Positions 42,925 to 54,627 are shown, numbered from the stretch's first letter. The stretch: DNA of 64,000 nt from an uncultured Hormoscilla sp. (GCA_963921275.4 OZ001293.3:2848001-2912000); one strand, 5' to 3'. The notes: generated by a model not told the origin, from the sequence alone. Made by a program: numbers and translations.

Positions 42925-44134
42925 ATGCTGCCTGATATCAACAACCTGAGATTCCCCTATGAAAGGAAGCTATTCATGGAAGTGCAGATGAACCCTGACA
43001 TTTCCAGGGTGCTAGAGGAAGTCTCAGGTGACTTGAATTACACAAAACTCTATCTGTTAGGAACAGCTGTAAAAATTACTGAGACATTGATTCCGGAACT
43101 TTACCAACTCTACCAAACCTGTTTAGAACGGGTGGGAAAAGGATTGGAAGGTCATCTTTACGTCTAACAGTCAAGTGATTATAACGCCTTGGTATATGCT
43201 GTGGGTTCTCGGTTCGATATCGTCCTGTGTTCGGCCATTGTTAAGGATTTTCAGCCCCAATAAATTGCCTTTGCGAGCGGGCACGAATTGGGTCACGTTC
43301 TGTTCGAACATAACCAGATTCCGGTAAAGCAAATTTTAGCAGCAGAGGAACATCTGTCTTACCAAGTTGCCAGTCTGCTATTTCAGTGGTCCCGGGCGGC
43401 GGAAATCTCAGCCGATCGGATCGGGTTGTTATGTAGTGGCAGTCTCGCGAGTGCGGCAAATGCCTTCTTCAAAACATCCAGCGGTTTATGTTTAGATAGA
43501 GAAGAGGAAATTATCCGTTCTCTGCGCAGTCAGTATGATGAACTTGCCCCCTTATCAACCGCGATGATCAGATGAAACTTTCTGCACCCATCCTCTAATT
43601 CCCATCAGGTTTAAGAGTTTAGAAATGATTTGTCTAGACATTATGGCCTGGCGAAACCAAAACTCGAAGTTCAAGATTTCCTGGGCTCAAATAGATGCCG
43701 AAATTGAGGAAGTATTGCTCAAAACTGAACCCCTGGGAAAGAGAAATTTACAGATTTCTCAAGCTGCTGTGGCCCTCATGATGTTAAGCTTGCTTTATAT
43801 AGCAGTCAACGATGGAGAACTAAATAAACATGAAGAGGATTTTATCGGCGAGATCCAGCAACGAGTTGCCCCTGAGTTAAATATCCAAGAAGTGCTGGCT
43901 CTATGCAAGGGCGATCGGTGCAAGTTTAGCCAACAAGTTGTCGGCGATCTGAGCAACAATCGGGTGTCCAGACAAGAAGCAGAGAAAATCTTGCAGCTGG
44001 GTTACGCGATCCCGATCTGTGATCGTCCCCTCAGTCCTGCCGAAACTCAGGCAATGGAGGCGATCTGCGAGTCCTTAGGTTGTGAAGTTGTGTTGGTCCA
44101 TGCCGTGATTAGCCAACATCAGGCGATCGCCTAA
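42925..44134 (+). pseudogene. M48 metallopeptidase fused to a TerB-like domain; two TAA and a frameshift
   Basis: YNA, GHELGH, WSRAAEISADRIG, THP..R; C-terminal IAVNDGELNKHEE; stops at 43165 and 43261. Confidence 0.8.
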
Positions 44135-44263
44135 TCTGACGCTATAATGGAAGTGTTATAGTAGGGTGGGCACCGCCCACCAGAGAGGACCGGGCATCGC
44201 CCACCAGAGAGGACCGGGCACCGCCCACCAGAGAGGGTCGGGCCCACCAGGAGGGAGAAAAAA

Positions 44264-45400
44264 ATGGCAGAACTGAAAGCAAAAGTAACTTTGAAGCAAA
44301 AGGGCGAAGCAGCTTACATCTCAGTCAAGCAACTGCTAGTTACCCTGAAATGGACAGCAGCAGTTGATTTAGATTTGATGGCCTTTTACAAAGCCAAAGA
44401 CGGTCGAGTTGGTGCAGTATTTTCCGAAAACTATGCCGGAGGTTCCCTGGGTAGCCTCAACTCATTTCCTTTTATCCAGCTGAGTGGGGATGCAGGGGTG
44501 GGAGCTGTGGGGGGAAATAATGAAGAAACTCTGCGCATCACCAAATTGGATGACTTGGAGCAGTTGTATATATGCACGCTCAATTTTACTGATGCCGTAT
44601 ATAACCGGGATGTATACTTTGGCAATTATGACGCTTATGTCGTGGTTGTGGATGAAAAGAGCGAATCAATAGGGGTTTTTCTCGATTCTCAAGAGCCTGG
44701 TGTAGTGGCAGTTATTGCTAAGATTGATAATACTGACTTCATGGGACCAAAGCTAGTGAATGAAAACTGCGTCATGTCCCTGGCCACGTTTAAGGCAACT
44801 ATTCCTGGGGCAAATCTGTTGCAGCTGACTTCTAAAATTGTCTTAAAGCAAAAAGGCGATCGGGCCCCCATACCAGTGAAAAATCTGCGCGTGACCATGA
44901 AATGGAAGGCGGCAGTTGATTTGGATTTACATGCCTACTTTCAGACCAAACTTACTGCCCCTGCCGGCGGTAATTTATTCTCTAAATTCCTGGGTGGCGG
45001 CAGTGGCAAGCCCGGAGATGAAGGTCACGTCTATTACGCCAACCGGGGCAGTAAAAAATCTTTTCCCTGGATCTATCTGGATCGAGATGCGGGTATTGGC
45101 GATCGGGGTGGCGATAATGAAGAAAATCTTTATTTCACGGATCTGCAATATTTGGAGCATATCCTGATCGTGGCGAACATCTATAATAAACCGAAAGCCA
45201 ACTTTGCCAGTTATGATGGCAAAGTCATAGTCAAGGCAAACAGTCGCAGTTTCGAGGTGCCCCTGACAGCGACAACAGGTGGCAACAACTGCATCATTGC
45301 TCATGTTGATAATTCCGGTCCTGCTGGTCCGGTTTTGGTGAACGCAAATAAAGTGCTCGGACATGCGCCCACAGTAGCGGAGTTTCTCTATCTTCCATAG
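44264..45400 (+). CDS. Tandem two-module TerD-like protein
   Basis: VDLDLMAFY module followed by a second VDLDLHAYF...LDRDAGIG...NEE module. Confidence 0.85.
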   Translation: MAELKAKVTLKQKGEAAYISVKQLLVTLKWTAAVDLDLMAFYKAKDGRVGAVFSENYAGGSLGSLNSFPFIQLSGDAGVGAVGGNNEETLRITKLDDLEQLYICTLNFTDAVYNRDVYFGNYDAYVVVVDEKSESIGVFLDSQEPGVVAVIAKIDNTDFMGPKLVNENCVMSLATFKATIPGANLLQLTSKIVLKQKGDRAPIPVKNLRVTMKWKAAVDLDLHAYFQTKLTAPAGGNLFSKFLGGGSGKPGDEGHVYYANRGSKKSFPWIYLDRDAGIGDRGGDNEENLYFTDLQYLEHILIVANIYNKPKANFASYDGKVIVKANSRSFEVPLTATTGGNNCIIAHVDNSGPAGPVLVNANKVLGHAPTVAEFLYLP

Positions 45401-45539
45401 TTGGTCAGTTGTCAGTTGTGGGTTGCCAGTTGTGGGTTGTCAGTTGTCCACTAACCACTAACTACTAACCACTAACTACTAACTACAAGCAACCCATCAC
45501 ATATAATCAGATAGTAGCGACAAATAAGAAGAGCAGAAG

Positions 45540-46148
45540 ATGACAGAAATTACAGACAAAGTAACTGAGAATCAAAACAAGGAATAAATAGATATCTTGG
45601 CAAAGTATCTGATGGCAACCCTGAAGTGGACGGCAGCAGTAGACTTGGATTTGATGGCGTTTTATCAAGCCAAAAACGATCGCGCTGGCGGGATATTTTC
45701 AGATAATTATGCCGAGGTGGTGACCGGTAGCCTGAATGAGTTCCCTTTCATCGAACTGAGTGGGGATGCTGGCGTGGATGCCACAAGCGGAGAACATGAG
45801 GAAGTCCTGCATATTACTAAACTGGATGAATTGGCAGAACTGTATATTTGCGCTGTCAATTTCACTGATGCCGTGCAGAACCGCAATCAGTCCTTTAGCA
45901 ATTATGATGCTCAGGTGGCAGTTGTCGATAACAAGGGGAAATTAGCGGAAGTGCCTCTGGACTCTCAAGAACCTGGTGTAGTGGCAGTCATCCCTAAGAT
46001 TGATAACACAAATGCCACAGGAGTTAAGCTAGTGAATGAAAACCGCGTCATGGATGTGGCGACCTTCCCAAAAAAGCAGCAACAGTCAGTCGGAGAACAA
46101 AACAAAAGTATCGACATCTTGACCCAGCATCAGAAGTTCAAGCCCTAA
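45540..46148 (+). pseudogene. TerD-like paralogue 7 with in-frame TAA and altered C-terminus
   Basis: ATG at 45540 MTEITDKV, TAA at 45585, frame resumes LKWTAAVDLDLMAFY. Confidence 0.75.
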
Positions 46149-46248
46149 GCAATTCAAAATTCTTTCTTCAAAATTATAAATTGGGAAACCCTTTGAGAAC
46201 AAAAGTCCCAGCTTTTATCTGTCTGCAATTTAAATGCGCGACAGCTTA

Positions 46249-46830
46249 GCAGCAGAAATAGACCTGGATTTCCTCAGACTTGCCCAAAATCCTCGAATCG
46301 ATGAAAATGGGAGCAGAACGCAAATGAAAGCGTTGATATCCATGAACGCATCGACAGCACCCTGGTAATCTGGCAACATAGGTTGCAGATAGAATCGGAT
46401 GTTCGGGGATTAAGGGCACTCTGGGAGCGTCTAATTAAAAGGATCGCCTGAAACCCTCACCCAGTAAGAGATATAGCCCTTTGATACCTAAAGGAACCGA
46501 AACACCTGTAAGGGTTTCAGCAGTTTGATTAATCAAACTGAACCAGTGCCGGATTAAGCTAGTTAAGGAATATGGGAAATTGCCCCTATTCGAGTGCTAT
46601 GCAGCTGGGCTGAATCAGGTGTTTATGAATATCCTCAGTAATGCGATCGACGCTTGAGAGGAAAACTCAGGGGATAACCCGAAAATTCTGATTCATACAG
46701 AACAGGTTGATGACTTCGTTGTGATTCACGTTGCTGATAATGGTCCGAGAATACCAGAAAAAGTGCGCTCGTAGATATTTAACCCCTTCTTTACCACCAA
46801 GCCTGTAGGCAAGGGAACGGGTTTCGGAAA
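46249..46830 (+). pseudogene. Histidine kinase C-terminal remnant
   Basis: [49 protein letters not shown] with stops. Confidence 0.75.
46415..46550. mobile_element. 136-bp MITE with GGCACT termini and 8-bp target-site duplication
   Basis: GGATTAAG at 46407-46414 and 46551-46558; inverted GGCACT ends and subterminal CTGAAACCCT. Confidence 0.8.
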
Positions 46831-46951
46831 TCAATACCTCAAGGTTTTGCCAAGACTTATAGCAGTCAAGGGGCTGAAATGCTTGAAATACCGTTTTTAC
46901 AGCCGTGTCTCCTGGTCGGGAGATGTCCCCCGATCGCTCGATGTCTGGCGG

Positions 46952-49444
46952 AGATGGCAGAACGCGATAAGGCAAGTCAACGACAGAAAACTCTAGCCGC
47001 GATTGGGGAGAAAATTCGCCAGTCCCTGGACCTGGACGCTATTTTCCAGACAGCCACTCGAGAAGTAAGGCAACTGCTGCAAGCCGATCGGGTGGCAATT
47101 TATCGCTTTAATCCCGACTGGAGTGGGGAGTTCATTGAGGAGTCAATAGCTTCTGGCTGGACGCCGCTAGTGGGAGTCCAGCCCGTAATTGAAGATACCT
47201 TCTTGCAAGAAACCCAAGGAGGCAGGTATGCCAACCATGAAACCTTTGCCGTTGACGATATCTACCAGGTAGGACATACGGACTGTCACATTCAGCTATT
47301 GGAGCAACTTGAAGCTAAAGCCTACGCGATCGCGCCCATCTTCCTGGGAGAAACACTCTGGGGCTTACTGGCAGCTTATCAAAACTCCGGTCCCCGTCAT
47401 TGGCAAGCCGATGAGGTGGACTTGCTGGCTCATATTGGCACGCAACTGGGGGTTGCCATCCAGCAAGCAGAGTATCTCAAGCAAGTTGAGGCCCAAGCCG
47501 CCGCACTGGCTAAAGCCGCCGAACGTCAGCGGGCCTTGGCGATTACAGTGGATAAAATTCGCCAGTCCCTCGATATCGATACGATCTTTGAGACAACCAC
47601 TCAAGAAGTACGGCGACTGCTGGAAGTGGAACGAGTGGCGATCTATCGCTTCTACTCGGATGGGAGTGGCGAGTTCGTAGCAGATTCTATTGTCGATGAT
47701 TGGACTCCCTTGGTCAAGAAACAGTCCGCGATCGACCAGACTTTACTCAAAGAAGCCAAGGGAGGGAAATATCCGCGCCATGAAACTTTTGTGCCGATTT
47801 TACAGGGGACTCAACTCTGGGGCTTGCTAGTAGCATATCAAAATTCCCAGCCCCGTTATTGGGAAGATGAGGAGATTAACTTGCTGGCCCAGGTGGGAGT
47901 ACAATTGGGAGTGGCACTCCAACAAGCGGAGTTACTCGACCAGACTCGACAGCAAGCTCAAGAACTCGTCCATGCACTCTCAGATTTGCAGCAAACCCAA
48001 GCCCAGATGATTCAGAATGAAAAAATGGCTTCTTTGGGGCAGTTGGTTGCAGGTGTCGCCATGAAATTAATAACCCGGTCAGCTTTATCTACGGCAACCT
48101 CATCCATGTAAGCGAGTACACTCAAGATTTACTCTCTTTCGTGCAACTATGCCAGAAACATTATCCTGACCCAGCAGCAGAAATTATTGAACGTGCTGAA
48201 GCGATCGACCTTGACTTTATGATTGAAGACTTGCCCAAAACTATCACCTCGATGAAAACTTATACAACTTATTGCAATTGCTGTTGGATAAAAATCATAA
48301 AGAAAAGGTGGAAGAACACAAAATACGTCGTGGGGGCGAAACCTAAATTATTAGTAGAAGAGCAAATAATTTTAAATTTGATGTGTCAAGGATTAACATT
48401 CCAAGTATTAGGTATACTTTTTGGGTGAAAGCTAATGATATTTTTAATTATTGGCAAGATATTTTCCGCTCCGCTTTGCCGTTTACTTGAACAAAAAAAT
48501 GGAGAAGATGAAGAATATTTATCCAAACACAGAATATGAGTTGATAGTCGATGAGCAAGCCATACCAAGACCTAAAGACTATGAAGAGCAGAAAAAGTTT
48601 TACTCAGGTAAGAAGAAATACTTTGAAAAATCAATTAATTGTTTTACCTGGTAGCGTGCAGATCTTGTCGATGTTGTATCTGGAGAAAGAGGCCTAGCAA
48701 GCGATATAAATCTTGCGAGCGTCGTTTTCGATCCAGATCAAATTTTTGCAGAAGATAAAGCCTATATTGGAGAACCTCAAATAAAAACAACCGAAAAAAC
48801 AGGAATTAACAGCTAAACAAAAAGAATAAAATAGAGATTTTTATTCCCGTTTTCGTTGAACACGTCATTGGTAAAATTTTTCCGGGTTGCCAGCGAGCGA
48901 TTTCGGTTAATATTGATAAATATGAATCGGTAATTTCGACAAAAGTTGGGTTGGTTAGATTGCGCGAATTTTAGAAGTATTAGAATCTGTTGATAGCTCT
49001 GAAAAACTTGAGATTAACCAGTACCACCTTTGGAGTTCTTTATTAACAGGAAATCTATCAAACCCAGATTCTGCCGTTTGAGTAACATATGTGAGCATGG
49101 GAGGTAGAGCTTAAAACCCAGAGCTGACAAGGGTTTTATTTTTGGAGATGTCTAATAACCCGAAAATTATGATTCGCACCGAAGTTACGACCGATACTGT
49201 GGGCCAGTCCCTACGCCAACGAGCGATAATTCGCATTGCTGACAATGGTCCGGGTATGCCCAAAGAAGTGCGATCGCGCATTTTCGACCCCTTTTTCACC
49301 ACTAAGCCTGTCGGTAAGGGAACGGGTTTAGGGCTTTCCATCAGCTACAAAATTGTGGTCGAAAAGCATAGGGGCAAGCTTAAGTGTACTTCCCAACCCG
49401 GTGATGGGACTGTGTTCTCGATCGAGATTCCCATCAAACAATGA
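46952..49444 (+). pseudogene. GAF-GAF-histidine kinase (first GAF cyanobacteriochrome-like), truncated, frameshifted and IS-interrupted
   Basis: DRVAIYRFNPDWSGEF, EDTFLQETQGGRY, HTDCH; EKMASLGQLVAGVA; HATPase resumes at ~49155. Confidence 0.8.
48258..49154 (+). mobile_element. Heavily eroded IS5-family (ISL2-like) transposase remnant
   Basis: GAKPKL, TFQVLGILFG, LIVDEQAIPRPKDYEEQKKFYSGKKK, DKAYIG, VEHVIG pieces; end GGAGATGTCTA; low GC. Confidence 0.7.
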
Positions 49445-50326
49445 AAATATTTAGCAATTATCAATTAGTTATGAAAGTTATTCTCGTTTGGCCCTCTCCC
49501 TCTCTGGACCTAGGCCCAGTGAATCACTTTACCTAAGATCCGTCTACAGCGACCAAGTTCTAGTGACCAGGGAGACCCTGGTCACTAGGTTGAGGCTCTT
49601 CCGATGTCTCCTGGGAGACACGGCACTGCGACGGGAATAGTTTTCAGCCCCAACATGAGTCTCTTTATTTGGTTCTCGGCGATGCTGGGCAATAACAAGA
49701 GCTTCGATCGCTCTAGCACACCGTTCAGAAGGGGGATGGGAACAGAAGAAGGCATCAATTAAATCAGAGACTCGATAATGTGAAACTTATAGGCGATCGC
49801 CGGACGTTTCACCTGACGGGCCAGCTGGCTACCAACCTTATTGAGATCAGCAACATCTCGCCGATTTCGATTTAGTTTGCCAGCCATTTGGCCAGCGAGT
49901 TGCTGATAGAAGATATCGCCTATTTTCATTTCCTATTCTGGCGTAATTGTCACCCGATCTAGAAGGTATCCTATTGCGTGGGAATTGCCTGTTGACTAAG
50001 GGGTATCGCCTCGGATTTAGATCGAGTAACAAGTCAAAATTCTTTGATCAAGTAAAATCTCGCTTTCCTCTTTTCAAAATTGACCATTGACCATTGACAA
50101 CTGACAATTGAACCCCTCTCTAGTAGCATAAAATGCATCCAGGCGATCGCCGTGTGGCGTTAGCCATGCAAGTCTCAGTCAAAAGTAAGGAAAATACTGA
50201 CTTTAGCCGTTACCAATGGTTTCAACTCCTGGCCGTGATAAAGTCTGGTCATACCTGGGACAGGTATTCTGCCAAAGATTAAGATATATGTCAATTTGTA
50301 AAGAATGTAAACTGTATGAACTAAAG

Positions 50327-51526
50327 ATGAGAATACTCGTACTTGCCTGGGAATTCCCACCTCGGATTATCGGCGGCATCGCCCGCCATGTGGCAGAATT
50401 ATATCCTGAAATAGTCAAACAAAGACATGTAATTCATTTACTGACAGTAGAGTTTGACTCAGCACCGCTCTATGAGATAGTAGAGGGGATAAAAGTACAT
50501 CGAGTAGCGGTCGGTGAAGGTCACGACTTCTTTCATTGGGTAGTAAAAATGAATGAAAGTATGGGTACAGAAGGGGGCAAGCTGATATTGGCAGAAGGGC
50601 CTTTCGACCTGATCCATGCTCATGACTGGGTAGTCGGGGATGCGGCGATCGCCCTGAAGCACCACTTCCAAGTGCCCCTCGTCGCCACCATCCATGCCAC
50701 GGAGTATGGGCGCTACAACGGTCTGCACAACCACACTCATTACTACATCAACGGCAAAGAAAAGCACCTAGCTCGCGAAGCGCGGCGGATAATTGTCTGT
50801 AGCAAATATATGCAAGGGGAAGTAGAAGAGACCCTAGAGAGTCCTGCGGACAAAATAGATGTAATTTACAACGGCATCCGACCAGAAAAGAAACGACCCA
50901 TCCCCCCTAATGAGGCATGGGAGTTCCGCCGCAAGTTTGCCAGGGATGAAGAAAAAATAGTCTATTATCTGGGTCGCATGAGCTATGAAAAAGGCGTGGA
51001 CCTGTTGTTGGGTGCAGCACCCAAGCTATTGCGGGAGATGGGAGGCCAGGTCAAATTTGTGATTATCGGCGGCGGTAGGACCGACCATCTCCAGCGCCTG
51101 GCCTGGGATTTAGGGATTTGGCATCAGTGCTGCTTTACTGGTTTCATGTCCGAAGCAGACTTGGATAAATTCCAAACCATTGCTGACTGTGCAGTTTTCC
51201 CCAGTCTATACGAACCCTTTGGCATTGTTGCCCTAGAAAGCTTTGCCGCGCGAGTGCCCGTGGTGGTTTCGGATGCGGGTGGACTCAAGGAAGTGGTCCA
51301 TCATGGCGAGACGGGAATTGTCACTTGGAGAAATAACATTGATTCCTTGGCCTCGGGGATTCTGGAGGTATTGTATAATCCCGATTACGCTCGGTTTTTG
51401 GTTGAGAATGCCTATCAGGATTTACAACGCCGGTTCTCCTGGTCCCAGTTGGCCCGGCAGACTGAGGTGGTTTACCAGCAGGTATTCTCCCCTCGGGAGC
51501 AGTCAGTGGTCGGCGGTGAGTTGTAA
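50327..51526 (+). CDS. Glycosyltransferase family 4
   Basis: WEFPPRIIGGIARHV, IHAHDW, TIHATE, PSLYEPFGIVALE. Confidence 0.92.
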   Translation: MRILVLAWEFPPRIIGGIARHVAELYPEIVKQRHVIHLLTVEFDSAPLYEIVEGIKVHRVAVGEGHDFFHWVVKMNESMGTEGGKLILAEGPFDLIHAHDWVVGDAAIALKHHFQVPLVATIHATEYGRYNGLHNHTHYYINGKEKHLAREARRIIVCSKYMQGEVEETLESPADKIDVIYNGIRPEKKRPIPPNEAWEFRRKFARDEEKIVYYLGRMSYEKGVDLLLGAAPKLLREMGGQVKFVIIGGGRTDHLQRLAWDLGIWHQCCFTGFMSEADLDKFQTIADCAVFPSLYEPFGIVALESFAARVPVVVSDAGGLKEVVHHGETGIVTWRNNIDSLASGILEVLYNPDYARFLVENAYQDLQRRFSWSQLARQTEVVYQQVFSPREQSVVGGEL

Positions 51527-51700
51527 GTCGATTCTGTCACTGGAGATGCCATTTATATTTGCTGGCGTGACGACTGAACTTTCGGCCCCGAGCGTGCCGT
51601 CTGGTACGATCTGTCCAGTGGCCTCTGAAGGCAAAGATAACTCCAGACTGCCACAGAGGGGGGCATAGGTGAAAGGATTCGTTAGTTTTCGATCTTTGAT
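51527..51700 (-). pseudogene. Relic of a filamentous-haemagglutinin (TPS) N-terminus
   Basis: Manual translation ...ATGQIVPDGTLGAESSVVTPANINGISSDRID, cut off at the GT4 stop. Confidence 0.55.
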
Positions 51701-52361
51701 TTTTTCAGAGCGCGATCTTATGTTTTACTTTTTGGTGGGCGGTGCTCTATATTGAATGTCACTGATTTAAGGTTGGTGGGCGGTGCCCACCCTACACGTA
51801 CAACCGGAATTCCCCGGGCTATGCCGACCGCAACCGCGAATACTGGTAATATGCTATCTTTTGCCCAGAAACCTGGTTTTGCCAAAAAACCAGGTTTCTT
51901 CATTTTTGCATCTCAAGCTCTCTTCTAGCGCCTTTATGCTGGTGGGTACGTATGGTGAGACCTGCCCGGAGGCGTGAGCCAAGGTTATGTAGGGGCACGG
52001 CCGATTCCAGATTTCGGTTTATCTGAGATCTTGCACTATTGTCAACAAACCCGAAGGCCCGTTGTGGGTTCAAACCCACGGCTAACAGCTAAAGTCGGTT
52101 GAAAACCGATCTTATTGCCTTATAGAGAAAGCGTTTTACTCTCGTTCCCACCGCGAAGCCTCTTAACGAGCTATCGAGGCTCCGCCTTGCACCATTCTCG
52201 ATAAGCCTCATGGCCCGCCTTCGGGGTCTCGTGGTCGCTCGATGTTCCCCGGGAGTTCGATGTCTCGCGAAGGCTGCTCGATGCATCCTGATAGCGAAGG
52301 CGGGCCGTGAGACTCTTCACAGGGAACGATGAACGGTTGCCAACGGGCGCAAGACCACACC

Positions 52362-52464
52362 GGTTTAAAACCCCAACCGAGAGGTTTAAAACCCCAACCG
52401 AGAGGTTTAAAACCCCAACCGAGAGGTTTAAAACCCCAACCGAGAGGTTTAAAACCCCAACCGA
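52362..52464. repeat. Five tandem copies of 21-bp GGTTTAAAACCCCAACCGAGA (last copy 19 bp)
   Basis: Copies start at 52362, 52383, 52404, 52425 and 52446. Confidence 0.95.
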
Positions 52465-52668
52465 AATGAGTTATGTAACTGAGATGGGGTTGAAATTATT
52501 ATCGGGCGGTGAGATTGCGCTTTGGCTGCGCAGCCGCTGCGCTAACGGGGGATACTTACGGGGAGCATTAAAATGCTGGTTGGGATCGCCCCTCGCAATG
52601 ACAAATTATAGTTTTTGAGTACCCACTCCCAAATTTTTGCACAAATGTAGAGGACGCACTATTGAGGC

Positions 52669-52893
52669 TCAGCCTCGATAACTCGTTCCCAGGGGTCGCC
52701 AGGGAACGAGGGTATTACGCTGAATGCCTGCGATAGTTTCGAGTTTGTCTATCAGTTGGCCCAGTTTAGCAGGATCTATCTTACTTGGTTCTAAAAATGT
52801 TACTAGAACCTGAGCCCGATCGCTCACATCTTGCGGGAACTCAGCCAGTTCTATTTTACCGTTTTGATAAATGCCTTCGACCGTTTTTAGCAT
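52669..52893 (-). CDS. Small antitoxin-like protein, C-terminus probably truncated
   Basis: MLKTVEGIYQNGKIEL...QVLVTFLE. Confidence 0.55.
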   Translation of the reverse strand: MLKTVEGIYQNGKIELAEFPQDVSDRAQVLVTFLEPSKIDPAKLGQLIDKLETIAGIQRNTLVPWRPLGTSYRG

Positions 52894-52897
52894 AATT

Positions 52898-53164
52898 TTA
52901 AATTTCGATTCCTTCCACTTGTCTGATTCTCTTCCAATCAATGGCAGCTACCCATATGTCTTCTTCTTCCGAGTATTCGACAATTCCATCAACTTCTAAC
53001 TCCTCACTGTATAGCCTCAGTGATTGACCAGACTGTAACTCAATATGTTGACAGGCCAACTCCTCCATCGTGCCGATACAGTTGAGACGCAAACCAATGT
53101 CAGCATTGTGAAAATCGGCAAATACTCTGGCATTCTTCCTTCGTTCATCAAACATAATTCCCAT
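52898..53164 (-). CDS. Orphan paralogue of 55611-55883 (putative immunity protein)
   Basis: VFADFHNAD...LRLNCIGT...LEVDGIVEYS...WVAAIDW. Confidence 0.65.
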   Translation of the reverse strand: MGIMFDERRKNARVFADFHNADIGLRLNCIGTMEELACQHIELQSGQSLRLYSEELEVDGIVEYSEEEDIWVAAIDWKRIRQVEGIEI

Positions 53165-53189
53165 AATCAGTCAGCATTTGCCAATTATG

Positions 53190-54047
53190 GGGTATCGTTC
53201 GGCATTACGCATCGTTATCCTCCGTGTTTTGTAACGCTTCTAACATGGCGTTTGCTGCTGCAAACGCATCCTATGGAGACCATATAGGGTAAGACTGACC
53301 TGGTTGGATGATGTCAGTTTCTTCTCGGGCAAATTCTGAGATTAAAACCTGCATATGTAAATTTTGTCTACAGGTAAGTTCTGCCGATACCATTGCTAAC
53401 AACTCCTCTTTTCTCTCTTAAGTCTAGTTTCTACTCGCCGCTCAATTCGGTCAGATCACCCCTTGTTCGGTAGTCACAGGGCGGGCAGCGCCCTACTACA
53501 GCACCTGAGCAGCCATCATTTCTTTTTTTCATGAACTCCCAACTTCGATCGCTTCTCCGGGAGAAATACTACCTAGGACGTTGCGAACATCAGGTATCAG
53601 TGGAACTAAATCGGGAAGTCGATTGCTGGGTGCTACAATAACAACGACTGCAACTCCTGCTTTTTGCAAGTTTTGCTGATATCGTAAATTCCGATCTGTG
53701 GTCAGTAAAATTGGCAAACTCTCTGCAAGCATAAGTTGCAGTAGCTCGTTGTTTTTCTTTCCTGACCATCCCATCTCCGTAACTGTTCTTACCTCATGTG
53801 AGTTCGCGTTTTAGAAGTCGTGGCACGCATTCATCAAACAGAATTCGCACAGTCAGCATTTCTTTTGCTAATTCCAGAGTGGCGATCGCCTGTTCTCGCG
53901 TGACACATGGTCTAAAAACTCATCCAGTGAATCACCCGCTTCGAGATAATCAAGCAATATTTTCATTGGTACCCGCGTGCCAACAAAAACTGGTGTTCCT
54001 CCCATTATATCTGGGTCGCTATGGACGATAGGTGATGTATGCTTCAT
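53190..54047 (-). pseudogene. Decayed duplicate of the DUF433-PIN-small gene-protease-start block
   Basis: Collinear with ~54605-55557 but with deletions and frameshifts. Confidence 0.8.
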
Positions 54048-54228
54048 AATAGTCTATCTTATCGGAATGGAAATTGCAATCGTTCGCTATAACAGCCTTT
54101 TCTGGAGCCCAGGCCGAGCAGCCTCTTTTGATCTACATTGTACCGATTTTTGTCCGGAACAAAATGGAGTAGTTTTATAGATGTCCGTTAGCATTGTTTT
54201 GCTCTAAATTTGTTGATTTTGGACTGAC

Positions 54229-54627
54229 TTAGAAGTATAACTGCGATCTATAAAAGCAAACATTAAACTCCATGAAAAAATTCACTTGCCCCAGAATTAG
54301 TGGAACGTCAGTTGCTTGAGTCCAGGCGAAAGCAACTCTAACGGGGTTGAACTGACCTACTGTTGCCTGTACAACTAAGATACGGGCTTCGTACTTAGCT
54401 AAATTACCTGTCAAATTAAGAACTTTCGTCTGATTCTCCCATAAATACCCAAGGGAGATCCCAAGTTGATAGGGAAGTACATTAATTGTTGCTCCTGTAT
54501 CCACCAAACCGGATACTGTTACCGCCTGCTGTTTATGAAAGAGAGAGAGTGGTAGATAGGGACGAAAGCTAGATTCACCCAAAGCAACTTCGGAAGCTGT
54601 AAAGGGGTATCGTTCGGCATTACGCAT
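54229..54627 (-). CDS. Retropepsin-like aspartyl protease
   Basis: RPYLP, GLVDTGA, PLILGQVNFF. Confidence 0.8.
   Translation of the reverse strand: MRNAERYPFTASEVALGESSFRPYLPLSLFHKQQAVTVSGLVDTGATINVLPYQLGISLGYLWENQTKVLNLTGNLAKYEARILVVQATVGQFNPVRVAFAWTQATDVPLILGQVNFFMEFNVCFYRSQLYF

Noticed and set aside
49445..50320. Unexplained 0.9-kb intergenic stretch with a strong hairpin at ~49560-49590
   Set aside because: No recognisable ORF or RNA motif; probably decayed coding DNA, so no claim is made.
52362..52464. 21-bp repeats as a CRISPR array
   Set aside because: Head-to-tail copies with no spacers; no cas genes in the window.
54085..54195. attC-like integron site (GCTAAC...GTTATAG on the minus strand)
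   Set aside because: Only the outer boxes are suggestive; inner pairing is unconvincing, it is a single site, and no integrase is present.
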